The notes under the pieces are model-generated. The model saw only the letters and a program-made list of their open reading frames with translations, searched no databases and was not told the origin of the DNA. A program made the translations under genes and the position numbers. A stretch of 64,000 nt of DNA from an uncultured Geobacter sp. (lineage in GTDB: Bacteria > Desulfobacterota > Desulfuromonadia > Geobacterales > CAIOGM01), in assembly GCA_903857795.1 (NCBI GenBank), contig CAIOGM010000077.1:15121-79120 (forward strand), in the 5' to 3' direction. Each line of letters starts with the position of its first letter. The first letter of the stretch is position 1. Shown here piece by piece: positions 36,757-45,527 of this stretch.

Positions 36757-38066
36757 TGAGCCAGATATGGGATAGAGAGCACGAATGCATGCCCCGTGAG
36801 GAGCTGGAGCAGCTGCAGCTGGAGCGGCTCCAGGCGACCATCAACCGGGCTTACAAGAACGTCACCTGCTACCGGAACAAGTTCAAGGAGTCGGGGATCC
36901 TTCCCGAGGACATCCACTCCCTGGCGGATCTGGCGAAGCTCCCCTTTACCACCAAGGATGACCTCCGGGTCAACTACCCCTACGGGATGTTCGCGGTACC
37001 TTTGCGGGAGGTGGTCAGGATTCACGCGTCATCGGGGACCACCGGCAAGGCGACGGTGGTGGGATACACGAGGAACGATATCAAAACCTGGTCGAACCTG
37101 GTGGCCCGCTTCATGACCGCAGCCGGGGTGACCCATGACGATCTGGTGCAGATCTCCTTCGGCTACGGCCTCTTTACCGGCGCATTCGGCCTTCATTACG
37201 GGGCCGAGACCATCGGCGCCTCGGTCATCCCCATGGGTGCCGGCAATACCGAAAAGCAGATCACGATCATGCAGGACTACCGCTCCACCGTGCTGGTGGG
37301 GACCCCCAGCTACGCCCTGACCATCGCCGATCGGATGGAGCAGATGGGGATTGACCCCAAGAGCCTGTCGCTCAGGGTGGGGCTCTTCGGCGGTGAGCCC
37401 TGGAGCGAGGGGATGCGCCGGGAGCTCGAGAGCCGGCTCTTCATCAGCGCCACCGACAACTACGGCCTCTCCGAGGTCATCGGACCCGGCGTGGCGGGCG
37501 ACTGCCAGCAGAAGAGCGGCATGCACCTCTATGAAGACGCCTTTTACCCGGAGATCATCGATCCGCAGAGCGGAGCGCTCCTCCCCCCGGGGAGTGTGGG
37601 GGAGCTGGTTCTGACCACCCTCACCAAGGAGGCGCTCCCCATGCTCCGCTACCGGACCCGGGACATCACCAGCCTCGACTACTCCCCCTGCTCCTGCGGC
37701 CGGACCCTGGTCCGGATGAAGAAGACCATGGGGCGCACCGATGACATGCTTATCATCAAGGGGGTCAACGTCTTCCCCTCCCAGATAGAGGAGGTTCTCT
37801 TCGCCATCGACGGCTGCGAGCCCCATTACCAGATCGTGGTGGACAAGAAGGGGCCCATGGATCTCCTGGAGGTGGACATCGAGGTGACCGAGAACATCTT
37901 CTTCGATGAGATGAAACGGCAGCGGCGGTTTCTGGAGATGGTGGAGAAGAAGATCGCCTCTACCCTCGGCGTCGGCGCTACGGTACGCCTGGTGGAGCCG
38001 GGGCGGATCCCCCGGCATGAAGGGAAGGCGGTCCGGGTGGTGGACAAGAGGCGCAGCGAAGAGTGA
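36753..38066 (+). CDS. paaK: Phenylacetate-CoA ligase family, copy 2
   Basis: [30 protein letters not shown] and [10 protein letters not shown]. It is colinear with copy 1. Confidence 0.8.
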   Translation: MMSQIWDREHECMPREELEQLQLERLQATINRAYKNVTCYRNKFKESGILPEDIHSLADLAKLPFTTKDDLRVNYPYGMFAVPLREVVRIHASSGTTGKATVVGYTRNDIKTWSNLVARFMTAAGVTHDDLVQISFGYGLFTGAFGLHYGAETIGASVIPMGAGNTEKQITIMQDYRSTVLVGTPSYALTIADRMEQMGIDPKSLSLRVGLFGGEPWSEGMRRELESRLFISATDNYGLSEVIGPGVAGDCQQKSGMHLYEDAFYPEIIDPQSGALLPPGSVGELVLTTLTKEALPMLRYRTRDITSLDYSPCSCGRTLVRMKKTMGRTDDMLIIKGVNVFPSQIEEVLFAIDGCEPHYQIVVDKKGPMDLLEVDIEVTENIFFDEMKRQRRFLEMVEKKIASTLGVGATVRLVEPGRIPRHEGKAVRVVDKRRSEE

Positions 38067-38420
38067 ACCTGAACACCGATCAGCTCAAACGTGGCATCCG
38101 GACGTTGCAGTCATCCCTGGAGCTCTACACGCGGGCCGAAGCGGAGAGCGTCGAGCGGGAGGTCTTTCGCAACGCCATTGTCAAGGGGTTCGAGTTGACC
38201 CCGGAGACAGCGTTCAAGCTCCTGAAAAAGGCGCTGAAAGAGTTCGGTCACGGGCGAGAAGGCTCGATTCGACACCGATCAAGGAGCTGCTGCGCCTCTG
38301 TGCCGCTCACGGCATGATGACGGTGGCGGAGGTCGAACGCTGGTTTGCCTATCGTGACAATCGCAATGATACGGCTCATGGTTATGGTGAGGAGTTTGCA
38401 AGGACGACACGAACCGCATC
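38063..38420 (+). pseudogene. Nucleotidyltransferase substrate-binding (HI0074/HEPN) protein, frameshifted near 38250-38270 and 3'-truncated; no MNT partner
   Basis: Frame 1 gives RNAIVKGFELTPETAFKLLKKALKEFG. A second frame gives STPIKELLRLCAAHGMMTVAEVERWFAYRDNRNDTAHGYGEEFA, which is the R-x4-6-H HEPN motif region. Confidence 0.55.
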
Positions 38421-38443
38421 GATCGCCGGAAAAGGAGTAAATC

Positions 38444-38662
38444 ATGGGTGTTGCACTGAAACTCGAAGAAATGAGCATTGCCGATAAACTCCAGACGATG
38501 GAGATCCTTTGGAATGACCTGTGCCACCATGCGCAGGATATCGCTGTTCCCCAGTGGCATCAAGAGGTGCTTGCCATGCGTGAAGCGGATCTTCGAGACG
38601 GTAAAGAGCAATTCAGCGATTGGGAGTCTGCCAAGGAAACGATCCATGAGCTAGTGAAATGA
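38444..38662 (+). CDS. Putative addiction-module antitoxin (TIGR02574-like)
   Basis: 72 aa; the pattern LEEMSIADKLQTMEILWNDL ... WHQEVLAMREADLRDGKEQFSDWESAK is typical of that family. Confidence 0.55.
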   Translation: MGVALKLEEMSIADKLQTMEILWNDLCHHAQDIAVPQWHQEVLAMREADLRDGKEQFSDWESAKETIHELVK

Positions 38663-38674
38663 AGATCAGTCTTC

Positions 38675-38974
38675 TTGCCGCTGCCCAGCAGGCTGCTAGT
38701 AAACGGTTTCCGTTTCTATGAAGTACAAGAAAACGGGCTTGGCAGCTACTTCCTCGACTCGCTTTATGCGGACATCGATTCGCTGATGTTTTTTGCGGGG
38801 ATGCATCAAATCTTTGATGACGGGTACCACAGGATGTTAGCAAAGCGTTTCCCTTTTGCCGTTTACTATCGAATGAAAGGTAAACGAGTACTTGTCTATG
38901 CGGTTCTCGATTGTCGCAGAAACCCGGCATGGAGCAGAAAAAGGCTGCGCCTCGCATCTGTTCGGGAGACGTGA
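38675..38974 (+). CDS. ParE/RelE-superfamily toxin (TTG start; the ATGA-coupled ATG at 38659 is out of frame)
   Basis: FYEVQENGLGSYF ... RFPFAVYYRMKGKRVLVYAVLDCRRNP is the plasmid-stabilisation toxin pattern. Confidence 0.55.
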   Translation: MPLPSRLLVNGFRFYEVQENGLGSYFLDSLYADIDSLMFFAGMHQIFDDGYHRMLAKRFPFAVYYRMKGKRVLVYAVLDCRRNPAWSRKRLRLASVRET

Positions 38975-38977
38975 CGG

Positions 38978-39248
38978 TACCTGGACTTCTTCCTCGCGCT
39001 ATGGGCTGCAGGGGCAGTAGAGCGACTGACGATTGTTGAGACAAAGGGTTGTCATCTCGCCGGCAACGATGATACCGAGTACAAGTAGAAGCTGCTGGAC
39101 CTCTGTTCCGGGTCGTTCACCTGGGAAAACGCCACCTGCATCGGTGAGCTGGAGTTGGTCTATAATTCGCAAACTACCGTTAACTGCGCGCTGGTGTCCC
39201 TGAAAGAAAGATTGGCGGTTCGAACTCGGCGGGCTCGTCGAACGTTAG
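38978..39248 (+). pseudogene. Remnant of a PD-(D/E)xK nuclease domain (restriction/helicase C-terminus-like) with an in-frame TAG
   Basis: The translation RYLDFFLALWAAGAVERLTIVETKGCHLAGNDDTEYK*KLLDLCS shows a D...E-x-K motif. No start codon or N-terminal domain is present. Confidence 0.3.
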
Positions 39249-39346
39249 CGCGGCCGGGATCATGCCGCAGAATCGCACGCGGCGCATCGCCGCGCAAAAG
39301 GGGTAAGGGGTAAACGGTCATCGATTCTATTCTGTACGGTCTGAAG

Positions 39347-39901
39347 ATGGGGATGGTTCATCGAAGGGAGTTGGCGGAGCTCTGCCGGCGGTTTCGTTCG
39401 CCTCAGCGGACGGTAACGGTGGACCCGGTGGAACTGGCGGCTCAGGGGGTCACCGTGCTGGTGCTGGATTTCGACGGAGTCCTTGCCCCCCATGGGGCCG
39501 AGGTTCCCCTCCCCGAAGTCGAGGCGTGGCTGAGGCGCTGTGCCATGCTCTTTCGCGAGGGGCGGCTCTTCATCCTCTCCAACCGGCCGGACCCTACCCG
39601 TGCTGACTATTTCCGGAGACGATTCCCCGGGATCGGCTTCGTCTCCGGGGTGAGGAAAAAACCGTTTCCCGACGGGCTGCAGCGGATCATGGCGCTCTCC
39701 GGCGCCGCACCGGGCCAGGTGGTGATCCTGGACGACCGGCTCCTCACCGGGGTGCTGGGGGGAGTTCTGGCGGGAGTCGGCGTCATCTATATCACCGCCC
39801 CTTACGTCTCTCTGGGGCAGCGCCCCCTGGCCGAAGGGTTCTTCATGCTGCTGAGGTCGGTCGAGCGGGCGCTGGTCGCCCTGGTCAGCCGGTTGCCGTG
39901 A
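39347..39901 (+). CDS. YqeG-family HAD-IIIA phosphatase
   Basis: LVLDFDGVL (DxD), ILSNR and VVILDDRLLTGVLGG. Confidence 0.65.
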   Translation: MGMVHRRELAELCRRFRSPQRTVTVDPVELAAQGVTVLVLDFDGVLAPHGAEVPLPEVEAWLRRCAMLFREGRLFILSNRPDPTRADYFRRRFPGIGFVSGVRKKPFPDGLQRIMALSGAAPGQVVILDDRLLTGVLGGVLAGVGVIYITAPYVSLGQRPLAEGFFMLLRSVERALVALVSRLP

Positions 39902-39935
39902 CCTCTGCGCATCACCACCACAGCCTCCTGCCCCT

Positions 39936-40661
39936 TCAGTGATTTGACCTTCCGATGAGGACCTCGAAGCTCTGCCCCCCTTGGGAGAAGCGTACCTTGT
40001 CGGGCATGATCTCCTCCACCTTTACCCCTCCCACTGACTTCCCCTCTCCCACCGGGACGCCGTTGATGACCGCCAGGCGGTCGCCGGCATCCTTGTTATA
40101 GGCGATACCGCTCACCGTGATGTTGGGGGTTGCGGTCGCGGCCGCAGCAGCGGTCGGCGACGGGGCGACGTTTGTGACGGCTCGTGCCGCGGTAGTCGCG
40201 GGGAGGGGGGCGATGAACGGCCGGTTGGTGGAGATGACCTGAGTACGGTACGAGGGGGCTGTGGCTGTTGCCGAAGGGGAGTTTCGAGGGGGCGAAGGGG
40301 GGGTGACCGCCACGGGGGGGGCCGGTCGTGAAGGGGGTGCGCTCGGCGGGAGTGCTCGTTCCGGCGGTGGCGTCAAGAGCGGTTGATCCACAACAGGGAG
40401 TGATGGTGCCATCGCTCCCTGGCGGGTTTCCGGGAAAGCCGCCAGTGGCGCCGGCCTGCTCTCCTGTCTGCCGACGTAGAGCATGGCTGTCAGAGAGAGC
40501 GCACCGGCCCCCACCACGCCGGCGGCGATGAGGGGCCAGCGGGGTGCCGCTGCCGGCTGCTGACCCGAGCCGAAGATGTCCCTGGTGATGTCCACCCGCT
40601 GCCCCTGACGGGCGGCTTTTTCCTCTTCCAGTTTTTTCAGTGCCTTGAGAATGGAACTCAT
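39936..40661 (-). CDS. GspB-like (general secretion pathway protein B family) membrane-anchored Pro-rich protein
   Basis: N-terminal MSSILKALKKLEEEK, one TM segment, a Pro/Ala-rich linker and the C-terminal block GIAYNKDAGDRLAVINGVPVGEG..VEEI..DKV. Confidence 0.5.
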   Translation of the reverse strand: MSSILKALKKLEEEKAARQGQRVDITRDIFGSGQQPAAAPRWPLIAAGVVGAGALSLTAMLYVGRQESRPAPLAAFPETRQGAMAPSLPVVDQPLLTPPPERALPPSAPPSRPAPPVAVTPPSPPRNSPSATATAPSYRTQVISTNRPFIAPLPATTAARAVTNVAPSPTAAAAATATPNITVSGIAYNKDAGDRLAVINGVPVGEGKSVGGVKVEEIMPDKVRFSQGGQSFEVLIGRSNH

Positions 40662-42289
40662 GACGGGGCGCCTCCCCTCGTGGTGGTCAGCCGGGGGACA
40701 GTGCTGATTACTGTCTGATAGAGCAGCAGCAGGGTATGTTCTCCGACCCTCCCGTCCATGGGGACTCCCCGCGCCTTCTGCAGCTGGGTCACGGCGTTGA
40801 TGGTTGTCTGGTCGAAGAGCCCGGTGGGCTTCCCCTGGTAGAGCCCGGCCCTGGTGAGGAGCTTCTGGAGACGGGTGACCTGCCCCCCCGTGGTCTCCGG
40901 GGTGGCGATGTCGGGGATCTCCTCATAGTTGCGCCAGGGGACCTCCCCCGTTCCCGACCAGAGGGTCGCCAGCTCTCCCCGGGTGATGCTGCTCCTGCCG
41001 GCCAGAGGAGGGGCAATGGTGACCTGATCACCGGTTATCCCGGTGATGGCGAGATACCGTTTGCCGGGGCTCCCCGGCAGAGATATTTCCAGTATCGCCG
41101 GCGTATCGAGCCGGAGGAGGTCATCCAGTGAGCCGCTGACTCTCAGGAGCCGGAGCCGGCGCCGCTCGGCCAGTCGGGCTAGATCGGGCGCCAGCGTCCC
41201 CTGGAACTTGATCACCGGCCGGGCTCCCCAGAGTCGACCCACGGCGTTGAAAGCCTGGATGACATTTTCCCATTCCGAAGTCGTTGCCAACTCCCGACGG
41301 AGGTTCCCTCCCTGGGGAGTGGCCACTCCGGCCGCCGCCTTGGAGAGCGCCGCCGGGTGCCTCTCAGGTCCAGTCGCGGTCGGTCGTTGCATCGTCCCCA
41401 GGTAGAAGCCGGCGCCCAAGAGGAGCGCACCGATCCCCGCGGCCGCACCCCAGGCGGCGCGGAAGCGCCACCCTTTCCGGCTCTCTCGCCGGATCTCCTT
41501 GATGCCGGCGCCGATCATCCTGCCGCTGATCTCCCTGCGCCCCTCGGTATAACCGATGAGGAGCGCACGGTCGCAAAGCACATTAATGAGCCGGGGGTAG
41601 CCACCGGAAAATGTGAAGATCTTTTTCAGGGCGCCTCGAGTGAAGACGGCGGCGCGGGGGAACCCGGCGATCTCCAGCCGGTGTTCGATGTAGCTCTTGC
41701 TGTCATGGAAATCCATGGGGCGGAGGTGGTAGCGGACCGTGATCCGTTGACTCAGCTGGCGCAGCTCCTGCCGTTCCAGTAACTTACCCAACTCCGGTTG
41801 GCCCACGAGGACGATCTGGATCAGCTTGTCGGTCTCGGTCTCCAGGTTGGAGAGGAGCCGGATCTGCTCCAGGACCCCGGGGTCCAGGTTCTGGGCCTCG
41901 TCGATGACCAGCACCACGGTCCGTCCCTGACGGTGCTGTTCCAGCAGGAACCGGTTCAGGTTCTCCAGGAGGTCGGCGATGCTCTCCTCCTCCCCGGTCA
42001 CCCCGAATTCGCGGCCGATGGTCCGGAGCAGCTCATAGGCCGAGAGGCAGGGGTTGAGGATCAGGGCGACCCGGTACTCCTCCTCGTCCAGCTGGTTGAG
42101 GAGGGTCCGGAGCACCGTGGTCTTGCCGGTTCCCACCTCACCGGTGACCTCAATGAAGCCGGCGTGGTGCTGGATACCGTAGAGGAGATGGGCGAAGACC
42201 TCCTTATGGTTCTTGCTCAGGAAGATGAACCGGGGATTGGGGGTTATGGTGAACGGCTTTTCCTTGAACCCGTAATAATCCAGATACAT
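40658..42289 (-). CDS. ExeA/GspA-like AAA ATPase with C-terminal peptidoglycan-binding domain (PEP-CTERM-locus secretion ATPase type)
   Basis: Walker A GEVGTGKTT, Walker B VVLVIDEAQNL, one TM segment, and the PG-binding-like LLTRAGLYQGKPTGLFDQTTINAVTQLQKARGVPMDGRVG. Confidence 0.8.
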   Translation of the reverse strand: MYLDYYGFKEKPFTITPNPRFIFLSKNHKEVFAHLLYGIQHHAGFIEVTGEVGTGKTTVLRTLLNQLDEEEYRVALILNPCLSAYELLRTIGREFGVTGEEESIADLLENLNRFLLEQHRQGRTVVLVIDEAQNLDPGVLEQIRLLSNLETETDKLIQIVLVGQPELGKLLERQELRQLSQRITVRYHLRPMDFHDSKSYIEHRLEIAGFPRAAVFTRGALKKIFTFSGGYPRLINVLCDRALLIGYTEGRREISGRMIGAGIKEIRRESRKGWRFRAAWGAAAGIGALLLGAGFYLGTMQRPTATGPERHPAALSKAAAGVATPQGGNLRRELATTSEWENVIQAFNAVGRLWGARPVIKFQGTLAPDLARLAERRRLRLLRVSGSLDDLLRLDTPAILEISLPGSPGKRYLAITGITGDQVTIAPPLAGRSSITRGELATLWSGTGEVPWRNYEEIPDIATPETTGGQVTRLQKLLTRAGLYQGKPTGLFDQTTINAVTQLQKARGVPMDGRVGEHTLLLLYQTVISTVPRLTTTRGGAPS

Positions 42290-42314
42290 TGAAGACCTTC
42301 GAACTCCGGTGTGT

Positions 42315-42791
42315 TCAGATGAAGTACATCATTCGGTTGTCTACCTCACGCTTGAGCCCCATGGCCTGGGCGCGTTCACAGAGATCTTTCAGGGTGACCG
42401 TGCCGAAATGCTCGGTCATCAGGTTGTTGGCGTCGCTCCAGATGGTTTGGGTGACGCAGCAGCCGTTGAGGCCGCACTCCGGCTTTCTCTTTCTCCGGCC
42501 GTCACCGACGACGATACAGTCCACGAAGAGGCTCTCCCCCTCCGTGGCCAGGAGGATATCCCTGATGGAGATCTCTTCCGGCTTGCGTGCCAGGGTGTAT
42601 CCCCCCTTGGGCCCCCGCTTGCTGGTGAGGATGCCGGCTTTCTTGAGGTTCTGGAAGATCTGCTCCAGATAGCGGGGCGAGATGTCTTGCCTCCGGGAGA
42701 TGTCCTGAACCTGTGTCGGGAGCGATCCCGAATTATAGGCGAGGTCAAACAGGGCGCGGACGCCGTAACGACTCTTGGTGGATAATTTCAT
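42315..42791 (-). CDS. Rrf2-family transcriptional regulator (IscR/NsrR-like, Cys-containing)
   Basis: MKLSTKSRYGVRALFDLA, ISPRYLEQIFQNLKKAGIL.SKRGPKGGY and the Cys cluster ECGLNGCC. Confidence 0.85.
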   Translation of the reverse strand: MKLSTKSRYGVRALFDLAYNSGSLPTQVQDISRRQDISPRYLEQIFQNLKKAGILTSKRGPKGGYTLARKPEEISIRDILLATEGESLFVDCIVVGDGRRKRKPECGLNGCCVTQTIWSDANNLMTEHFGTVTLKDLCERAQAMGLKREVDNRMMYFI

Positions 42792-42862
42792 GGTATCCCC
42801 TTGCACTGATCAGATAGGGCATTCTACCTTAAAACCTACTATTTCTGTCAACTAAATAATGG

Positions 42863-43072
42863 TTACCAGTATTTAGGGGGGGGAGGCACCTTGCCTACCA
42901 GGCGGATCTCGCCATCTTCCACGCGGAACTGGTCGCCGTAGTCGTTGGTCCAGGAGTCTCCCTCATCCAGCGGTGCGGGAACCTCGCGCCGTCCGAGAAA
43001 AACTTCCTCATCTCCCAGGATGGCGAACCATTCGAGGCTGCCGGTCATCCATAATCTGTTCTTGAGTTCCAT
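42863..43072 (-). CDS. Hypothetical 69-aa protein
   Basis: An ORF with plausible codon usage upstream of the Rrf2 gene on the same strand. I recognise no motif. Confidence 0.35.
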   Translation of the reverse strand: MELKNRLWMTGSLEWFAILGDEEVFLGRREVPAPLDEGDSWTNDYGDQFRVEDGEIRLVGKVPPPPKYW

Positions 43073-43250
43073 GTGTGCATCTCCTTTACTCGATCGCCGA
43101 CTGCGTAGCGAACCATAATACCCGAATCACCCGTGGGGTCAAGAAGGCAACGCGGCGGCGCTCTCCCTGACCCGATTTTCCTTGTTGACGTCACGCATTT
43201 TTGCTATGAATAATGCCGATTTTAAAGAACCGAGGGAAAAGGGGGCGCTG

Positions 43251-44090
43251 GTGAGATTTACCAAGATGCAGGGCGCGGGAAACGATTATGTCTATGTCAA
43301 CTGCTTTGAGGAGAGCATCGCCGATCCCCGGCAGATCGCCATTCAGGTTTCTAACCGTAATTTCGGGATCGGTTCCGACGGGCTCATCCTGATCATGCCG
43401 TCGGAAACGGCGGATGTCCGGATGCGGATGTTCAATTCGGATGGTTCCGAGTCGGAGATGTGCGGCAACGGTATCCGCTGTGTCGCCAAGTACGCTTTCG
43501 ATCACGGCATCGTCACGAAGCAGGAGATCACCGCCGAGACCGGCGCCGGTATCCTGACCCTGCAGCTCTCAACCGGTCAGGACGGCAAGGTCGGGAAGGT
43601 GCGGGTCAAGATGGGGCCCCCCCGGTTGACCCGGGCCGAGATCCCCATGACCGGAGAGCCTGCTACCGGCCAGGTGGTCGGCCAGCCGCTCAACATCCTC
43701 CACACCACCTTTGCCGTCACCTGCGTCTCCATGGGGAATCCCCATTGTGTCATTTTCGTGGATGATGTGGCGGGATTCCAGGTGGAGAAGTACGGCCCCC
43801 TCATCGAGAACCACGACCTCTTTCCGCGGCGGACCAACGTGGAGTTCGTGCAGGTCATCTCCCGGGGCGAGGTCCGGCAGCGGACCTGGGAGCGGGGCGC
43901 GGGGGAGACCCTCGCCTGCGGCACCGGCGCCAGCGCCGTCTGCGCCGCCGGCTTCCTGAACGGGCTCACCGGGAAGAAGATCCTCAATCACCTCTCCGGC
44001 GGTGACCTGGAGCTGGAGTGGTCAGATGACGGTAACATCTACATGACCGGTCCGGCGGTGGAGGTGTTTTCCGGGGTGATCGAGTTATGA
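43251..44090 (+). CDS. dapF: Diaminopimelate epimerase
   Basis: FTKMQGAGNDYVYV and the two catalytic Cys blocks MCGNGIRC and ACGTGASA. GTG 43251 is preferred because a TTGACG/AATAAT promoter-like site (43186-43215) covers the alternative ATG 43206. Confidence 0.85.
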   Translation: MRFTKMQGAGNDYVYVNCFEESIADPRQIAIQVSNRNFGIGSDGLILIMPSETADVRMRMFNSDGSESEMCGNGIRCVAKYAFDHGIVTKQEITAETGAGILTLQLSTGQDGKVGKVRVKMGPPRLTRAEIPMTGEPATGQVVGQPLNILHTTFAVTCVSMGNPHCVIFVDDVAGFQVEKYGPLIENHDLFPRRTNVEFVQVISRGEVRQRTWERGAGETLACGTGASAVCAAGFLNGLTGKKILNHLSGGDLELEWSDDGNIYMTGPAVEVFSGVIEL

Positions 44091-44521
44091 CGCAAACCGC
44101 CTGCCCCATGTGCAGCAAATGGCGTGACGAGCCGGAGCTTCGGGTGGTGGAGCTGGAACACTGCTTCGTCCTCCTCAACCGGGATCAGTTCTTTCCCGGC
44201 TACTGCTTTGTGGTCGCCAGGGAGCATGTCACCGAGCTCTTCCACCTGGAGCCCGGGGTGCGGGGAGCGGTCATGGAGGAGGTCAACGCCGTGGCCGCCG
44301 CTCAGGCCGCGGCGTTCCTGCCGGACAAGTTGAACTACGAACTCCTGGGCAATATGGTGCCGCATCTGCACTGGCATCTGGTCCCCCGCTTCAAGAGCGA
44401 TCCCTTATGGCCCCGCCCCATCTGGGCCGAGCCCCACACAGAGGTGATCCTGTCGGGAGAGGAGTATGCGGAACGGATAGCGACAATCAGGGGACACCTG
44501 TCACCAGTCACCGACTATTGA
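44087..44521 (+). CDS. HIT-family nucleotide hydrolase/transferase
   Basis: Histidine triad HLHWHLVPR and an N-terminal CPMC zinc-knuckle-like motif. Confidence 0.7.
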   Translation: MTQTACPMCSKWRDEPELRVVELEHCFVLLNRDQFFPGYCFVVAREHVTELFHLEPGVRGAVMEEVNAVAAAQAAAFLPDKLNYELLGNMVPHLHWHLVPRFKSDPLWPRPIWAEPHTEVILSGEEYAERIATIRGHLSPVTDY

Positions 44522-44532
44522 AGGAGCAGCAG

Positions 44533-45399
44533 ATGGATTATCTGGGCGCACATATGTCCATCTCCGGCGGGATTCACAACGCCCCGGGCCGCGGCGCGGC
44601 TGCCGGCTGCGGTGTCATTCAGCTGTTCACCCAGAACAGCAACCAGTGGCGGGGGAAGATGCCGACGGATTCGGATGTTGCCCTCTTCCGGGAGCGGTGG
44701 CTGGAGGCGGGGCTTCGCGAGATTGTCTCCCACGACATCTATCTGGTGAACCTGGGGGCGGCGCCGGGGGAGGTCCGGGAGAAGAGCCTGGCCGCCTTTC
44801 GGGAGGAGATGGAGCGCTGCAGCCGGCTGGGGATCGCCAAGATCGTCATGCACCCCGGTTCCCATCTGGGAGCTGGTGAGGAGACGGGGATCAGTCGGAT
44901 CGTGGAGGCCTTCGATCTCCTCTTTACGGCGGCTCCGGAGTATGAGGGGAAGATCCTGCTGGAGACTACGGCAGGGCAGGGAACCAATCTGGGATACCGC
45001 TTCGAGCATCTCAAGGCGATCATCGACGGTTCGGCTTTTCCCGACCGGTTTGCCGTCTGCCTCGATACCTGTCACATCTTTGCCGCGGGGTACGACATTA
45101 CCACCGAGGAGGGATACCAGGGGGTCTTCGCCGAATTCGACAGGATCATCGGTCTCGACCGACTCCACTGCTTCCATCTCAACGACTCAAAGAAGGGGCT
45201 CGGCTGCCGGGTTGACCGGCACGAGCAGATTGGCCAGGGCTCCATGGGGCTCTCCGGTTTCCGGTCCCTCATGAATGATCCCCGCTTCACCGCCATCCCC
45301 AAGATTCTCGAAACTCCGAAAGGGGATGACGACGAGATGGACGCCATCAATCTCAAGCTCCTTCGAGCCGCAGTTAATGCCCCCCTCCAGCCTTCCTGA
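44533..45399 (+). CDS. nfo: Endonuclease IV
   Basis: GAHMSISGG, HPGSHLG, ETTAGQGTNLG, CLDTCH and HLNDSK. AAGGAG lies upstream of ATG 44533. Confidence 0.9.
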   Translation: MDYLGAHMSISGGIHNAPGRGAAAGCGVIQLFTQNSNQWRGKMPTDSDVALFRERWLEAGLREIVSHDIYLVNLGAAPGEVREKSLAAFREEMERCSRLGIAKIVMHPGSHLGAGEETGISRIVEAFDLLFTAAPEYEGKILLETTAGQGTNLGYRFEHLKAIIDGSAFPDRFAVCLDTCHIFAAGYDITTEEGYQGVFAEFDRIIGLDRLHCFHLNDSKKGLGCRVDRHEQIGQGSMGLSGFRSLMNDPRFTAIPKILETPKGDDDEMDAINLKLLRAAVNAPLQPS

Positions 45400-45527
45400 T
45401 CTCCTGCCACATCCGCCCCGCTTTTTAGGGTAGGATGAGGCAGGAGCCGGCTTTATGGCGCAAACTGGCCTCAGGATTCGGCTCTGCACGAGTAATTTAT
45501 TCATAGTTCTGCCAGGAGCGATGCACC

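Noticed and set aside
39205-39245. A tRNA-like GGTTCGAACTC string.
   Set aside because: No acceptor, D or anticodon stems can be drawn around it. It lies inside the nuclease-remnant frame.
39260-39493. A 77-aa minus-strand ORF overlapping the YqeG-like start.
   Set aside because: It has no motif, overlaps a better-supported gene and has GC-artefact composition.
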